Part shown: positions 45,888 through 57,255 of the stretch, one piece after another | How the letters are laid out: each line of letters starts with the position of its first letter | How positions within the stretch are numbered: position 1 is the stretch's first letter | From: Albugo candida | Taxonomy: Eukaryota | DNA length: 64,000 nt | Direction of reading: 5' to 3' | Assembly (NCBI GenBank): GCA_040437565.1 | Contig: JBDOQK010000077.1 | Coordinates: 1-64,000, forward strand | The notes under the pieces: model-generated | Seen by the model: only the letters and a program-made list of their open reading frames with translations | Databases searched by the model: none | Told to the model about the DNA's origin: nothing | Made by a program: the position numbers and the translations under genes

Positions 45888-46712
45888 TCAGCCCGGACCG
45901 AGACTGTTGCTATTGCCAAGACCATACAATTGACCCGAGTATTTGAAAGCGGTCTCGACATTCCCATCGAAAAATACCTGAACCATTTTGAAAAAAGTGG
46001 TCGCCGTCAAGAGTGCATCCGACCCAGCCTGATGCATCGTTCCTATTCTTTCCACATGCAAATCCTCCGCCAATCGACTCAGTCCCCCAACTTTATCAAA
46101 ATCCATCGCAACATGTTTGAGATCGTATGTGAATGGAAAGTATGTGTGCAAAAGATCAAAGAACGCCTCTTCTTCGGACGGAAGCGTATTGCATGTGAGC
46201 ACTTTGAGAAGGTATCCAAAGTCCGAAGAGCCATGGAACGACACCCATTTGACATTATCTGTGAGCACGAGGCCGGACGGTACAAGCAGCTCTCCAAATC
46301 GCGCAACTTCTATCCCCATTTCTTCGTGCTTGGCGAAATCGATGCCGGCTTGCTTGAGGATCTCAATCGAATCTTGCGCGTACATATCCTCACTGAGGCT
46401 AAACTTGAAGTTGAATTGCCAGACTGGGCAGTCATTTATATAGGTTCCATCCTCGTTGAAGAATGCGACGCCCAATTGTATAATTCGTAGTAAATCGACG
46501 TTGCACCGTAATGTCTGATACTGATAATTCGAAGAGGTTGTGAAGGAACCGATGGGACGAGCGACGACACCGGGATACTCAGTGTCCAATGCGACGTAAC
46601 AGTTACGCTCGACAATATGACGGATGATCTTCATAGATTCGTCGAGATTGGAAGCCCATACATCGCGGATTTCGATATCGGGCGGCAATTGATGCGAGGA
46701 CACTGCGACCAT
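45888..46712 (-). CDS. CAF1: CCR4-NOT deadenylase CAF1/POP2 (CNOT7/8)
   Basis: IRDVWASNL, ALDTEYPGVVARP, LRCNVDLLRIIQLG, WQFNF, FHGSSDFGYL, HQAGSDALLT; DEDD residues present. Confidence 0.97.
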   Translation of the reverse strand: MVAVSSHQLPPDIEIRDVWASNLDESMKIIRHIVERNCYVALDTEYPGVVARPIGSFTTSSNYQYQTLRCNVDLLRIIQLGVAFFNEDGTYINDCPVWQFNFKFSLSEDMYAQDSIEILKQAGIDFAKHEEMGIEVARFGELLVPSGLVLTDNVKWVSFHGSSDFGYLLKVLTCNTLPSEEEAFFDLLHTYFPFTYDLKHVAMDFDKVGGLSRLAEDLHVERIGTMHQAGSDALLTATTFFKMVQVFFDGNVETAFKYSGQLYGLGNSNSLGPG

Positions 46713-46833
46713 GGCATGCAACTCAATGATTTGACCGATAATAATGAATTGTAGGATGAATTGAGTCACATGTCGTAATTAAGGTTGCTCGAATGTAATT
46801 AACACGTACCATTCCGCTTCCAGCAACATTATT

Positions 46834-47556
46834 ATGCTACGCGCCATCTTAACGCCATTCCGTCGACCTCCCACGCGCACTTGCGCCGTTTCTATCGGCA
46901 ATCGAGTTGCACGACACTTTTCCGCAGCACACGATAACGATTCATCCAATCCATTCGGTTACAATCCGTTTGAGCGGCTCTTACAGAATGTACAGCAAGA
47001 AACCAACGTGGTGGCTCCCAAAGGAAACAAGCAGGATACACAAACTCAACTAGCAAAATTTCAAGTTCAAGACGAGAACGCGCGGCCAATATCACAGGAC
47101 CATCACTCCAGCGAACCATTCCCATCACAAAACTCTTTGCGTCGGAATCGGAAGCGGAGACAGAAATACAAACAGCTTTTAATCAGTCACATCGTCTCCA
47201 GCGATCGCTTGGACTATGAGAAAGGCATACGCGCACAAAACGGCAATGTGAAACGAATGTACATGCAGCACATCCGCCGTAAAGCAGACCGTGATCGCGT
47301 ATGTCGCAATTGCGGGGAACTCGGCCATGTCGCCAGAAACTGTCTTCTCCCTGTGATTTGTCGCGTGTGCGGGGACATTGGCCACTCACAACACGAATGC
47401 CAGTTAACCGCAAAGAAACAGAACCGCGCGCTTATCGACAAACCACTTCAATCTCTTCTACTCGAGAATGATGGTCCAGCGCGTTTCGATCAGGAAATTG
47501 AAGAGTATCTCGCGATACCCAAACGCATTCCGCAGAAGAAACCCGAATCCGCGTAA
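46834..47556 (+). CDS. Two-CCHC zinc-knuckle protein with probable mitochondrial presequence, 240 aa
   Basis: CRNCGELGHVARNC and CRVCGDIGHSQHEC; N-terminus MLRAILTPFRRPPTRTC...ARHFS. Confidence 0.8.
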   Translation: MLRAILTPFRRPPTRTCAVSIGNRVARHFSAAHDNDSSNPFGYNPFERLLQNVQQETNVVAPKGNKQDTQTQLAKFQVQDENARPISQDHHSSEPFPSQNSLRRNRKRRQKYKQLLISHIVSSDRLDYEKGIRAQNGNVKRMYMQHIRRKADRDRVCRNCGELGHVARNCLLPVICRVCGDIGHSQHECQLTAKKQNRALIDKPLQSLLLENDGPARFDQEIEEYLAIPKRIPQKKPESA

Positions 47557-47614
47557 CATGGCGCAAGCATAAGACACGTGAACTCGTTAAAAAATTTGAC
47601 GAGTGTGATTGCTC

Positions 47615-50600
47615 TTATTCTGCCGCACCAAACCCGCCGCCGCCTGGCGTTTGGATGGAAACGCGATCACCCGCGTCGACCTGAGTTGTGTTTTTCCCAC
47701 CCAAATTCACGGTACAGCCGTTTTTACGTTGAAGCAAATTCAATCCGCGTTTTCCTCTTTTCCCACCGAGCATTCCGTACGGCTCAAACACTCTCCGTTC
47801 CGAAAGGATGCTCACTGTCAAACGCTCGAGGAACAAGAGCGTGCGAACAACACCCTGACCACCATGGAATCGTCCATCTCCGCCCGAGGACTCACGCAAA
47901 TGGAACGCTTCCAACATCACCGGAAATCGCTTCTCGAGAATCTCAACGTCTGTGATTCGCGTATTCGTCATATGCGTCTGAATACCACTTTGTCCGTGCC
48001 AACTTGGACCAGCGCCCGCGCCTCCAGCGATTGTCTCATAATATCCGCCCAGGGAATCGCTGCCAAAGGTGAGATTATTCATACATCCTTGAGACGCCGC
48101 ACATGCGCCAAATGCGCGCAAAATCACATCCGTGATGCGTTGACTTGTGAGCACATTACCACCTACGACAGCCGCATCGTCGCTGGGGTTGAGAATGCTG
48201 TGGTACTTTGGGAAAATCACGTGGATTGGATTCAAACATCCTTGATTCAATGGTAGATCTTCGCCGGGAATCAAGCATCGAAGGCAGTAGATGATCGCAG
48301 AAAACGTGACGGCCGGTGGCGTATTGACATTCCCAAAGACTTGGACGCCTGTGCCAGTAAAGTCGAAAATGGCCGAGCGATTTACTCGATCGATTGTGAT
48401 CTCCAAGACGATCTCTGTCCCGTCATCCATCAAATCGCGTGCACGAACGGAATCCTTGGCTGCCAATCCACGCTCTAGAGAAAATCTCACCAGCATATCA
48501 CCGACTGCAGTCTCCGCCGCTTGCTGAATGAATTTCATGTACGCTGATACGACTTGAAGCGTAAACTCCTCGCACAATTTGTGCAAGAGTGTGACGCCTC
48601 GATTGTTGGCAGCCACTTGAGCCTTGAGATCCGACAGATTATCACGCAAGTTACGTGTTCCAATGGCATTCGGAACGTTCTTTTGCAGCAGCAAGTCGGC
48701 AATCTCTTCTTCACGGAATCGATTATTCCTTCCATCCACGAGCTTGAATGCGATAATAGCTGCTCCTTCTTCAGCCAACGTCTTGGACAGAGGCGGCATG
48801 GATCCAGGTGCAATTCCACCGATATCCGCGTGATGCCCGCGACTCGCAACGAAGAAATTAATCTGATTCTCTCCAAAAACTGGAGTGATGACTGTGATGT
48901 CAGGAAGATGACTTCCACCGGCTAATTGAGGATGATTCGAGACCAAGACATCGCCGGGGACCAAATCATCTTTCCAAAACTCCAATTGATATCGCACAGC
49001 TTGTTGCATTGCGCCCAAATGGACTGGAAGATGTGGAGCATTGGCAACGAGTCCGCCTGTCGCATCAAACAGTGCACATGAGAAATCCAAACGCTCTTTG
49101 ATGTTCACTGAGACTGATGTTTGTGAAAGTGTTCGACCCATTTGCTCGGCAATGCTCATGAATCGATGCGAAAACACAGATAATTGAATGGGATCCATTT
49201 CAATGTGAGCAGCTTTGGAGTGTGACTGGGAATCGCTTTCGAGGAGCAGATCGCCGTTTTGCTGAATGATAAATGTCCATTCTTTCTCGACCACTACCGT
49301 TGCAGTTCCCTGCATGATGATTGCTGGTCCTCGAGCCTGTGCACCGCGACACGACATCAGATCTTCATGGAGGTATACGTCGACGTCTTTCCAAATGCGT
49401 TCGTCTTCAAAGTACAATGGCGTCGTCGAATGCGGCGAAAGAACTGCCTCCGCGTGTTTGGAATCATCGATTCGAATTTCCGGTGAGATGATTGCACGAA
49501 CACGAACATCGTCCACGCGAATGCTTTGGGATTGCATCAAGAATCCGAATTCGTTCTGGTAGCGTTCCACGAAAGCTCGCTCAAAGTCGAATCTAAGTAA
49601 TCGTTCAGTCCACGGATCTTGTGCATCAAGCTCAGGACCGCGGATCATGAGCGCGGTGTCTGTGCCTTCGAAACGCATATTGAGGTAGAAATGGTATGTC
49701 GTCGCATTGAGCTGTATGGAAATGCCTTTTGCCAAATCCACGAGCGCTTGGACTAATTTCGGTTTGGAGGTTGCATCATACGTGAGCGAGTACGGCCGTT
49801 GTTTATCGAGGACGGAATCCGCGACACTCAAACCGTACGCTGACAACACACCGCTGTAGCGATGAACGTACACTTGTGAAATTCCCAAAGTGCGCGCAAT
49901 GGAACACGCATGCTGAGGTCCGGCTCCGCCAAAGCACGCCAGCACATGTCCAGTGATATCGTGTCCACGCATTTGAGTGAGATTACGTATGGGTCGACAC
50001 ATGGCTTCATTAGCGACACGGAGAAAACCACACGCAACTTCCTCGAGTGTGTATTGCGCGTTTGTATGTGGATCCGCATTGATTTCCTCACAAAGTACTT
50101 TGAATGCTGCACGAGCGCCGTCGATGTCGAGCGGTTGATTTTCTTCAGGACCGAAAATATGTGGAAAGAATTGAGGAAGAATGCGACCTGTCACGAGATT
50201 TGCATCGGTGACACTCAGAAATCCCTTCTTACGATAACATACGGGTCCGGGATGCGCTCGGACAGACTCTGGACCAACAAGGAACATGCCGCTTTTGTAA
50301 AAGAGACGAGAGCCTCCACCGGCCGCGATCGTTTGGATATCGAGTTGAGGTGCACGAATGGGAACATTCGCAGTCACACTCTCAAGAACGTGCTCAAAGG
50401 TTTGATCAAATCGTGAGACATCGGTTGATGTGCCGCCCATATCAAAGCCAATCACAGGACAACGTAATCCATTTCGTGTCACTTGCGTGGTACGAGCGTA
50501 TCCCACAACACCAGCAGCAGGACCCGATAGCACAGCTCGATGTCCCTGGAATTCCTTTGTGGTCGCTAGACCTCCATCCGACTGCATGAAGCTCATATCG

Positions 50601-51536
50601 ACTTTGTTAAAGCCGTCATCAAACCCGGAACAGAAGGACTTGAGGTATTGCTGGATCACTGGCGTCAAATACGCATCTGCGCATGTCGTCAATCCTCGTG
50701 GAACGGCTTTGACCATTGGCATCACGTGAGAGGAACAGGAGACTTGCTGGAAGCCAATGTCTCGTGCGATTTTGGCGATTGTTTCTTCATGTTGCGGGAA
50801 TGTGTACGAATGAAGCAGTACGATGGCAATACTTTTCGGATTTTCGCGATCGTATAGCGGTTCCAGCGCATGTCTGACCTTTTCCGTATCAACTGGATGA
50901 ACAATACGTACATAATCTCCACTGATGCCTTCGATATCGCCGGCTTCCCTTCGATCGGAAGCGATCAATTGCACTCGTTCATCGACTTGGATTACATTTT
51001 CATACAACATCTACATTCAAGCAACATTGGAAAGTGAAATGGCGAGACATAAATTGTGTGAGAAACCTCTGGCCTTTGGATCTTCAAGTCGAAGATTTTG
51101 GGACGTGATTGATCGCCAATGTACAAAAGATCCTGGAAGCTGCGATTGATCACGAGAATTGTTGATGCGCCGTTGCGTTCCAATAACGCATTTGTAGCGA
51201 CTGTTGTGCCCATACGGATGGATTGAATGTGTTTTGTATCAATACGCTGATGACGAGGGTATGGAGTTTGCGTCATCTCTTCCAGAATACGACGAATTCC
51301 TTCGCTTTGGAAAGGAACAGAGAGAAATTGTTTGATTGTGTTTTGAAGCGCACGTACCGCGGTGCGTCCGGATAATTGGAGGGATCTTCTGACAAGAGCT
51401 TTACAACTTTACACTGTACTTGTTTTATCTTCCCTTGATCGTCATACTCGTCTTTTTCGGCGTAAATGTCCGTAAATGTTCCGCCACGATCGATTGCGAA
51501 TCGAAAGCACCGCATGGAGAGGTTTGGATTGGTCAA
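47615..51536 (-). CDS. OPLAH: 5-oxoprolinase (ATP-hydrolysing), two short 5' introns
   Basis: [82 protein letters not shown]. Confidence 0.96.
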
Positions 51537-51671
51537 TATGTTTGATATAATAGCAAATCAAATTGATGAAAGCAGATTCGATTCAATATATTCCATCAAC
51601 TTAACAACCAATGAAAACAATCTAGGTATACACTTTTACCGAATATGTCTCCGTCAAGTATACACATACAC

Positions 51672-52727
51672 TCATGTGGGCACCGCTTTTGCGCATGGCT
51701 TCTGTGTTTTCTCCAAGGAAAAGGATGCAAATTCCTTCATAAAAAATTCGTTCATTGCGGTACACAAAAACGAGGGGAGAAAGCGTTTCTGCACAAACAT
51801 AAGTGCTCGGGTCAACACACGATCATGTGCGACGCCTGCACCCGAAAACATCGCGTCCACTGCGATTTTCGCGGCGTCTACGGGCGATGACTGAAGGAAC
51901 GGTACTCGAAAGCATAATGAACGCTCGCAATGACTCTCTTTTGCGAAATTCGTGTTCATTGGGCCTGGACAGAAGCACGTGGCGACAACTCCGCTTCCTG
52001 CGAGCTCATAGCGTAGCGCTTGTGTAAAACTGTGTATAAACGCTTTAGAACTCGCATATGCCGCCATATGAGGCGCTGGAGAGACCGCCACTACCGACGA
52101 AATGTTCAGTATACGACCAGATTGTCGAGGAAGCATTTGCGCCAACACAAAATGCGTTAATTGGACCACAGCAGATACATTAAGTGAGATACTTTGCGCG
52201 ACTTGAGACGACGTTGATTGGTGAAAAGTACCAACTTGAGCGGCTCCGGCGTTGTTGATTAGAATATCGACCAATAGACGCTTTCCGCGCACAAAATGTA
52301 CCAATTGATCGATTCCTTCCTGTGTTCCAAGATCGCAATCGCATACTTTGACGACAACCTTATGCAATCGCTCGATATCGGTACGCATTGATTCCAAAGA
52401 AACGCGATTTCGTGCGGCTACAATGAGAGAAAAGCCTTTCTGAGCGAGCAGATACGCTATTTCCCGACCCAAGCCAGAGGAAGCGCCTGTGAGCAGCACA
52501 AATTGACCCGATTGTGGGCGGATTGGTCGTACAAGTGGTTGTTTTCTCCAAGAGATGAATGCAGTCGCGACACCGATACCAAAGAATGTCAAAGCTACCC
52601 ATTGTACGATACACAAGATTGTAGCCGTCATGAAATTGGCCATGAATAAAGCTATTACTCCACTCCAGAAAGCACAAGATTGCACCATATATGGTACGAG
52701 ATCTCGCTTGGAATGTGTGCTGGTCAT
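51672..52727 (-). CDS. Membrane-anchored short-chain dehydrogenase/reductase, 351 aa
   Basis: TGASSGLG, LINNAG, ILNISS, YASSK catalytic motif, PGPMNT; two N-terminal hydrophobic segments. Confidence 0.92.
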   Translation of the reverse strand: MTSTHSKRDLVPYMVQSCAFWSGVIALFMANFMTATILCIVQWVALTFFGIGVATAFISWRKQPLVRPIRPQSGQFVLLTGASSGLGREIAYLLAQKGFSLIVAARNRVSLESMRTDIERLHKVVVKVCDCDLGTQEGIDQLVHFVRGKRLLVDILINNAGAAQVGTFHQSTSSQVAQSISLNVSAVVQLTHFVLAQMLPRQSGRILNISSVVAVSPAPHMAAYASSKAFIHSFTQALRYELAGSGVVATCFCPGPMNTNFAKESHCERSLCFRVPFLQSSPVDAAKIAVDAMFSGAGVAHDRVLTRALMFVQKRFLPSFLCTAMNEFFMKEFASFSLEKTQKPCAKAVPT

Positions 52728-53898
52728 GATCGATTTGATAGTGTCGTGTCGCTGGAAGGCCGCTTGGGTGTCGCAGATACTGAGACATGTGTGTTTCGAA
52801 GATTGACGATCATATTTTTATCCGAAATTTGAAAGTGGTAGCTGCCTCTGGAGGACGCGTTTAGCTTGGAGTTTGTTATTATTGTCTTACGGATACGTAC
52901 GATCGCCTTTGAGCCATACTTTTCGAAGTGTACCAGACGCCTTCGCTGCTCAAATCTCTTCGGAAGTGAATACGCCGATGGATTTGGGACGTCCAGGCCG
53001 GCGCGAACGTTTCGATAGGATCCCAACTACTTTTCGGAAAGTAGTTGGCATAGCACGCATTGGAATCAAAGAATCTGAAGGCAAAAGTCGCGCTTTGGCT
53101 ACCTTCTGCTGATGCAATGACGGTTGGAGTATGACATTGGATAAAGTCTTTCAAAAGTAAGTGGAGCTGTTCTGTCAGTGCGACTCCATTGCCAAATTGC
53201 TGGGTAAGATGCTGCGATAATGCACATCAACTCCAGGCTTTTAAACCTCTATGAATACATTACCTTGTCAATATCATCAAATGAGTTGATTCTATGCAAA
53301 ATTAATAACACAGCTACAGCGGTATAACATATCAGAGGTAGCCCATTCAAAAGCAAAATGTTGTGGTTACGCGCGTTGGGCTTCTCCATAAGATCGAAAT
53401 AGAGGCTATTTACCGTCGCAATCCATTCAAAGGTACTGTGACATCGATAAACGATAACTTGACCCATCAACGCTTGTACAATTTTCTAATACTGATCAGT
53501 TTTAACCGGTTACGCACCGAAATACAACATACCAATCGATCACCACCAAAGGAAACCATTTGCATGAGAATCTCTTGCAGCGTCTCCGCCCGACATTCGT
53601 ACTCGTGATCGAATATGTATACTTGTTTATGAGAATTGATACTTTTCAGATTTTGCTTGCCATTCTCCAAAAGGAACGCAGCAACGATGTGATACAGTAA
53701 CGTCGTCGTCGGAAAAAGATGCTCCGCAAACAATTGTGTCACCTGACGCGGTTTGTAGCCAATCTCTGTCTCATCACCGTTTCGCGACACTCTACTAACA
53801 TATATCATTTCATCCAAAAATGGAATGTTTGTCCGGAAACCACAATCAATGGACCGCAACAGCACATCCAAAGCTGTCTCATCACGCTGAAGCTGCAT
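52724..53898 (-). CDS. XRCC2: XRCC2-like RAD51 paralog with degenerate Walker A; 5 predicted exons
   Basis: Spliced product DETALDVLLR...RQVTQLF...TTLLYHIVAAFLL...VYIFDHEYEC...LMGQVIVYRCHSTFEWIATV...ILLLNGINSFDDIDK...FAPAWTSQIHRRIHF...YHFQISDKNM is colinear with XRCC2 as I recall it. Confidence 0.7.
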
Positions 53899-54264
53899 CA
53901 AGTAAACAGAATCGGTGATTGGTTATTAATATGCCATCTACATGATTTCTTTTGGTCATATCCACCAATCACAGCCAATTAATGCTCTCGTCTCCGGACA
54001 AAATGCGTCGGGAATACTGCGACAGATAGTAGTACTTTTCACATGCTGTAGCGTGTCAAAAGTCGCTCTATGCATGTCAAATCGAGGATGCTATCACCTT
54101 TCCCCATCCGACTAGATTTTAACCCCAAATTTGACTTCTTTCCTTCACACAGAGTATTCTATTCTTTCTACTGTGGGACTCGCTTGATTCTAATGTGCTC
54201 CAATCTTATCCGAAGACAATTTGCTCCAATCTCTTTCACTCTCATTCCTCAATTTCTCCATTCA

Positions 54265-55768
54265 ATGGCACTTTTCGCCTTAACGCTTTTGCTTTTCAGC
54301 AAATTTGCCGCCTCGCGATACTTAAAAGCAGAGTCCATAACTGATGCACGCGATACTTTTCCCATCCGATCGGACGCGATCCCGTCGTATAACACAACAA
54401 CGTCTTACGTTGATACTAAGAATGAGGACGCCAAGCCTTCCGACGACATAAATGTCAACAACGCGCCTCCGAGCGTTAACCCGCACACTATTGAAATGAA
54501 TTCGACTACGTCCAATATGACGACTGTACCTTTTCCTGATGGCGATACACCTCCAACAGAACCCGTTTCGAAACCTTCTGCACCACCTCTTCCAGTCCAA
54601 CCAAATCCAGTGGTCACCAAACCGATAATTAAAGTGTACCCAGCCGATAGTCCATTCGGTGTATGTCCTGTGATTGCATCGTTCCAACACGAAAAAGATG
54701 ATGTTCCACTGGCGGAGAAAAAAGCACAAATCAAAGACGAGCTTATGACGAGTTTTATTCTAGCGCATCCATCGCTCACGCTTTGGGAGTACTTCAAACT
54801 TGAGAACAAAAAAGATATAGACAATTTTGGCCTCTTACCAGTTCACGAACAACGAAAGGTTTGTCCTCTTACTTGTGCGATTACGATCGTTTTACAATCT
54901 CATTCGATTTGTGTAGCGAATGATTGTCGGTCTCTTGGATTTCGCTACAAATACCGTCATAGATATCGCCAAATTCGCTGTTGCTGCTTTCATTTGGATC
55001 GTCAAAACGTTTCGACATCCGGTCGTTGGGTACCTCGAAATTCGAGATTTCTTTATGGAATTTAAAGAAAACTGCGTGCTGTTGGCGAAAATGTTCAAAA
55101 AGGATCCAAAAACGACCGGAAAGAATCTCGCAGGCGGATTTCTGTTGAATATAAAGCACCATCCCGAGGAATTCACAGCTGAATCCGTGCTTTTAATAAC
55201 TGGAGGAGTGGCAGTGATTCATGGACTCATCGATACGGTGAAAGTGGTCTTTGCAGGCGTCAGTAGTACGGTGACCGCCACAATCATGAGCGTACTGATG
55301 TTTATACATGCCATCGATGATCCCATTCTTATTGTGATGCCCATTTTGAAGCGGGCGGTCGGCACGGCACAAGCGGTCCAAGGTGATACGAATGATCGCA
55401 ATTCGGCCATCAATTATGAGCCACTTCCGCCATTGCCCACATGCAAAATTCCACCGCTTTATAGAGTCTCTTTCTCCACACGAGATTTGTGCATTGCCCG
55501 AGTTGAACGTGTTCGTCTTGCACTCTTTGGCACGAGTAAACGACTCGCTCAAATGACGGAACTTGAACGTGTGGATGCGTACAAGCGAATGCATGATGTC
55601 ATTTGCTGCTATCTTCCAACAAACGCTTTCGAAGTGAGTGTTCCCAAGATGGAGAATGGAATGCCGACTGGTGAAATGGTCAATGAGGCCGTCATGATGC
55701 AGAATTGTGATCAATTGCAAGCAAAGTATCCACCAAACGCCCCAGTATCGCTAACCAGTGATAGATAG
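54265..55768 (+). CDS. Secreted or membrane orphan protein: signal peptide, RYLK, Pro/Thr-rich linker, hydrophobic helices, Cys-containing C-terminus; intron 54859-54916
   Basis: MALFALTLLLFSKFAAS signal-like N-terminus; a 58-nt GT-AG intron joins the two ORFs in frame (QRK/RMIVG). Confidence 0.72.
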
Positions 55769-55837
55769 CGAATTTTCGATGAGATCATAGAAATGTGATA
55801 CGTAAAGCCTCAACAACAAATATATTGTTTTGTATAA

Positions 55838-57200
55838 TCAAATCGTGTGAATCATATTTTCTTTGTTGATTAAGTGGCAAGTGGTTTCCACGAGGGCAAG
55901 CAACTGAGCCACATCCGCTACGCATCGAATATGTGAATGAAAAACAGAGGAACAAATACATATCTATCGTACCTGACCAAGCTGAAAGCTGTTGTTCCGG
56001 TGGTTGTGTGGCCCGAAATGATATCAATTTCGCTGGTCGATTCATCTTCGCATATATGGATCCATTGCTCACTAATTGTGAAATGGAGTCTTCTGCATCT
56101 TGTTCGGAAAGGCCGATCATATTTGCCAAATGACCGAGTTGGATGCGATCGTAATGAGTGGCAATCACACGTATATTGTGCTCGGTGACACGTGTGTGTA
56201 GCGTCTTGTACCATTCGCCGCCTCGCAAAGCATCTTTGAATACCGCGTGCTCCCAAAGTATCTTATCCTGCGGCAATGGATATGCTATAATTTCTTTCGT
56301 GATGAATTGCGTTAGCAATGCGTGCACTTCCGGCATCTCTTCCACGCGTTTTTCATTCGATAACGTGTTCAATAATTCGCTTTGTGAATCTGAATGAGTC
56401 GTCAACACCACGAAAATAACAGCGTGTCGCAATATATCCTTCCACTCTTCGCTTTCTCGGTCTTTGAGAGTTCGATATATCGCCATATAATGCCGACATA
56501 ATTCCAGCGTATTGTTCTCTTGTGTTTCGTACTCAATCAAAAGGCGATAGAATTTCAATTTACATTCTTGAAAACCTTCTTCCTCTAAAGTTCGCCTCAA
56601 TATCTTTTTGGACAGAATGTTTGCACGCACGTAATCCTTTTTCGCCAGTGTTAAACGAACTTGCTCCAAAATGAATTCCGTCTTTTCCAATTTGGTCATT
56701 GCACCAAATGTCTCCACATGCACTTCCTGGAGAATGCTCGCAGCTTCAGCGATTTCCCCACGTGCTTCTTTGATTTTGGAGAGCATTTGGGTGAGCGTTG
56801 CGCGTTCTTTCTCGAGGTACATTTTTCCTTCAGCCACTTGTCGCAGGTGGTGGATAAGCTCCATTTTGACTGATTCCGAAGGAGTGCACGGAAGGAATTC
56901 CATTGATTTTTGCACCAAAACAGTGATCGCACCGCTTTTTTGAGATCTTCGTTTAGAGAGAATATCAATGTGGTGATTGAGTAACTCCCAGCGTTTGTAA
57001 TGCGCACAGAGCTGCAAAGTAGCACCGACAATTGCTTTGAGTGTGACAACATCATTTGCGAGTCGGGACTGCTTCTCGAGGCTCAATAAGAGCTCACAAC
57101 CTCCTTCGACATTCCCACTAGACGCTACAGATTGTGCTTGAGGAAGAAGCTTTTGGAATTCCTCTGAGAAATCAGCTTTTTTGACGGTATCGTCGGACAT
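55838..57200 (-). CDS. RPN5: 26S proteasome lid subunit RPN5/PSMD12, one 3' intron
   Basis: LLSLEKQSRLAND, LSKRRSQ, EGKMYLEKERATLT, LQEVHVETFGAM, RVTEHNIRVIA (PCI); spliced end WSADVAQLLALVETTCHLINKENM. Confidence 0.96.
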
Positions 57201-57255
57201 TTTCGAGGGAGCAAGATTTTTGACTTGTGGGTAGGAGTAGTGTGGGACACGTTAC

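Noticed and set aside
6574..57055. Numerous antisense or nested ORFs of 60-215 aa in the ORF track
   Set aside because: They overlap well-supported genes in other frames and show no recognisable motifs; shadow ORFs.
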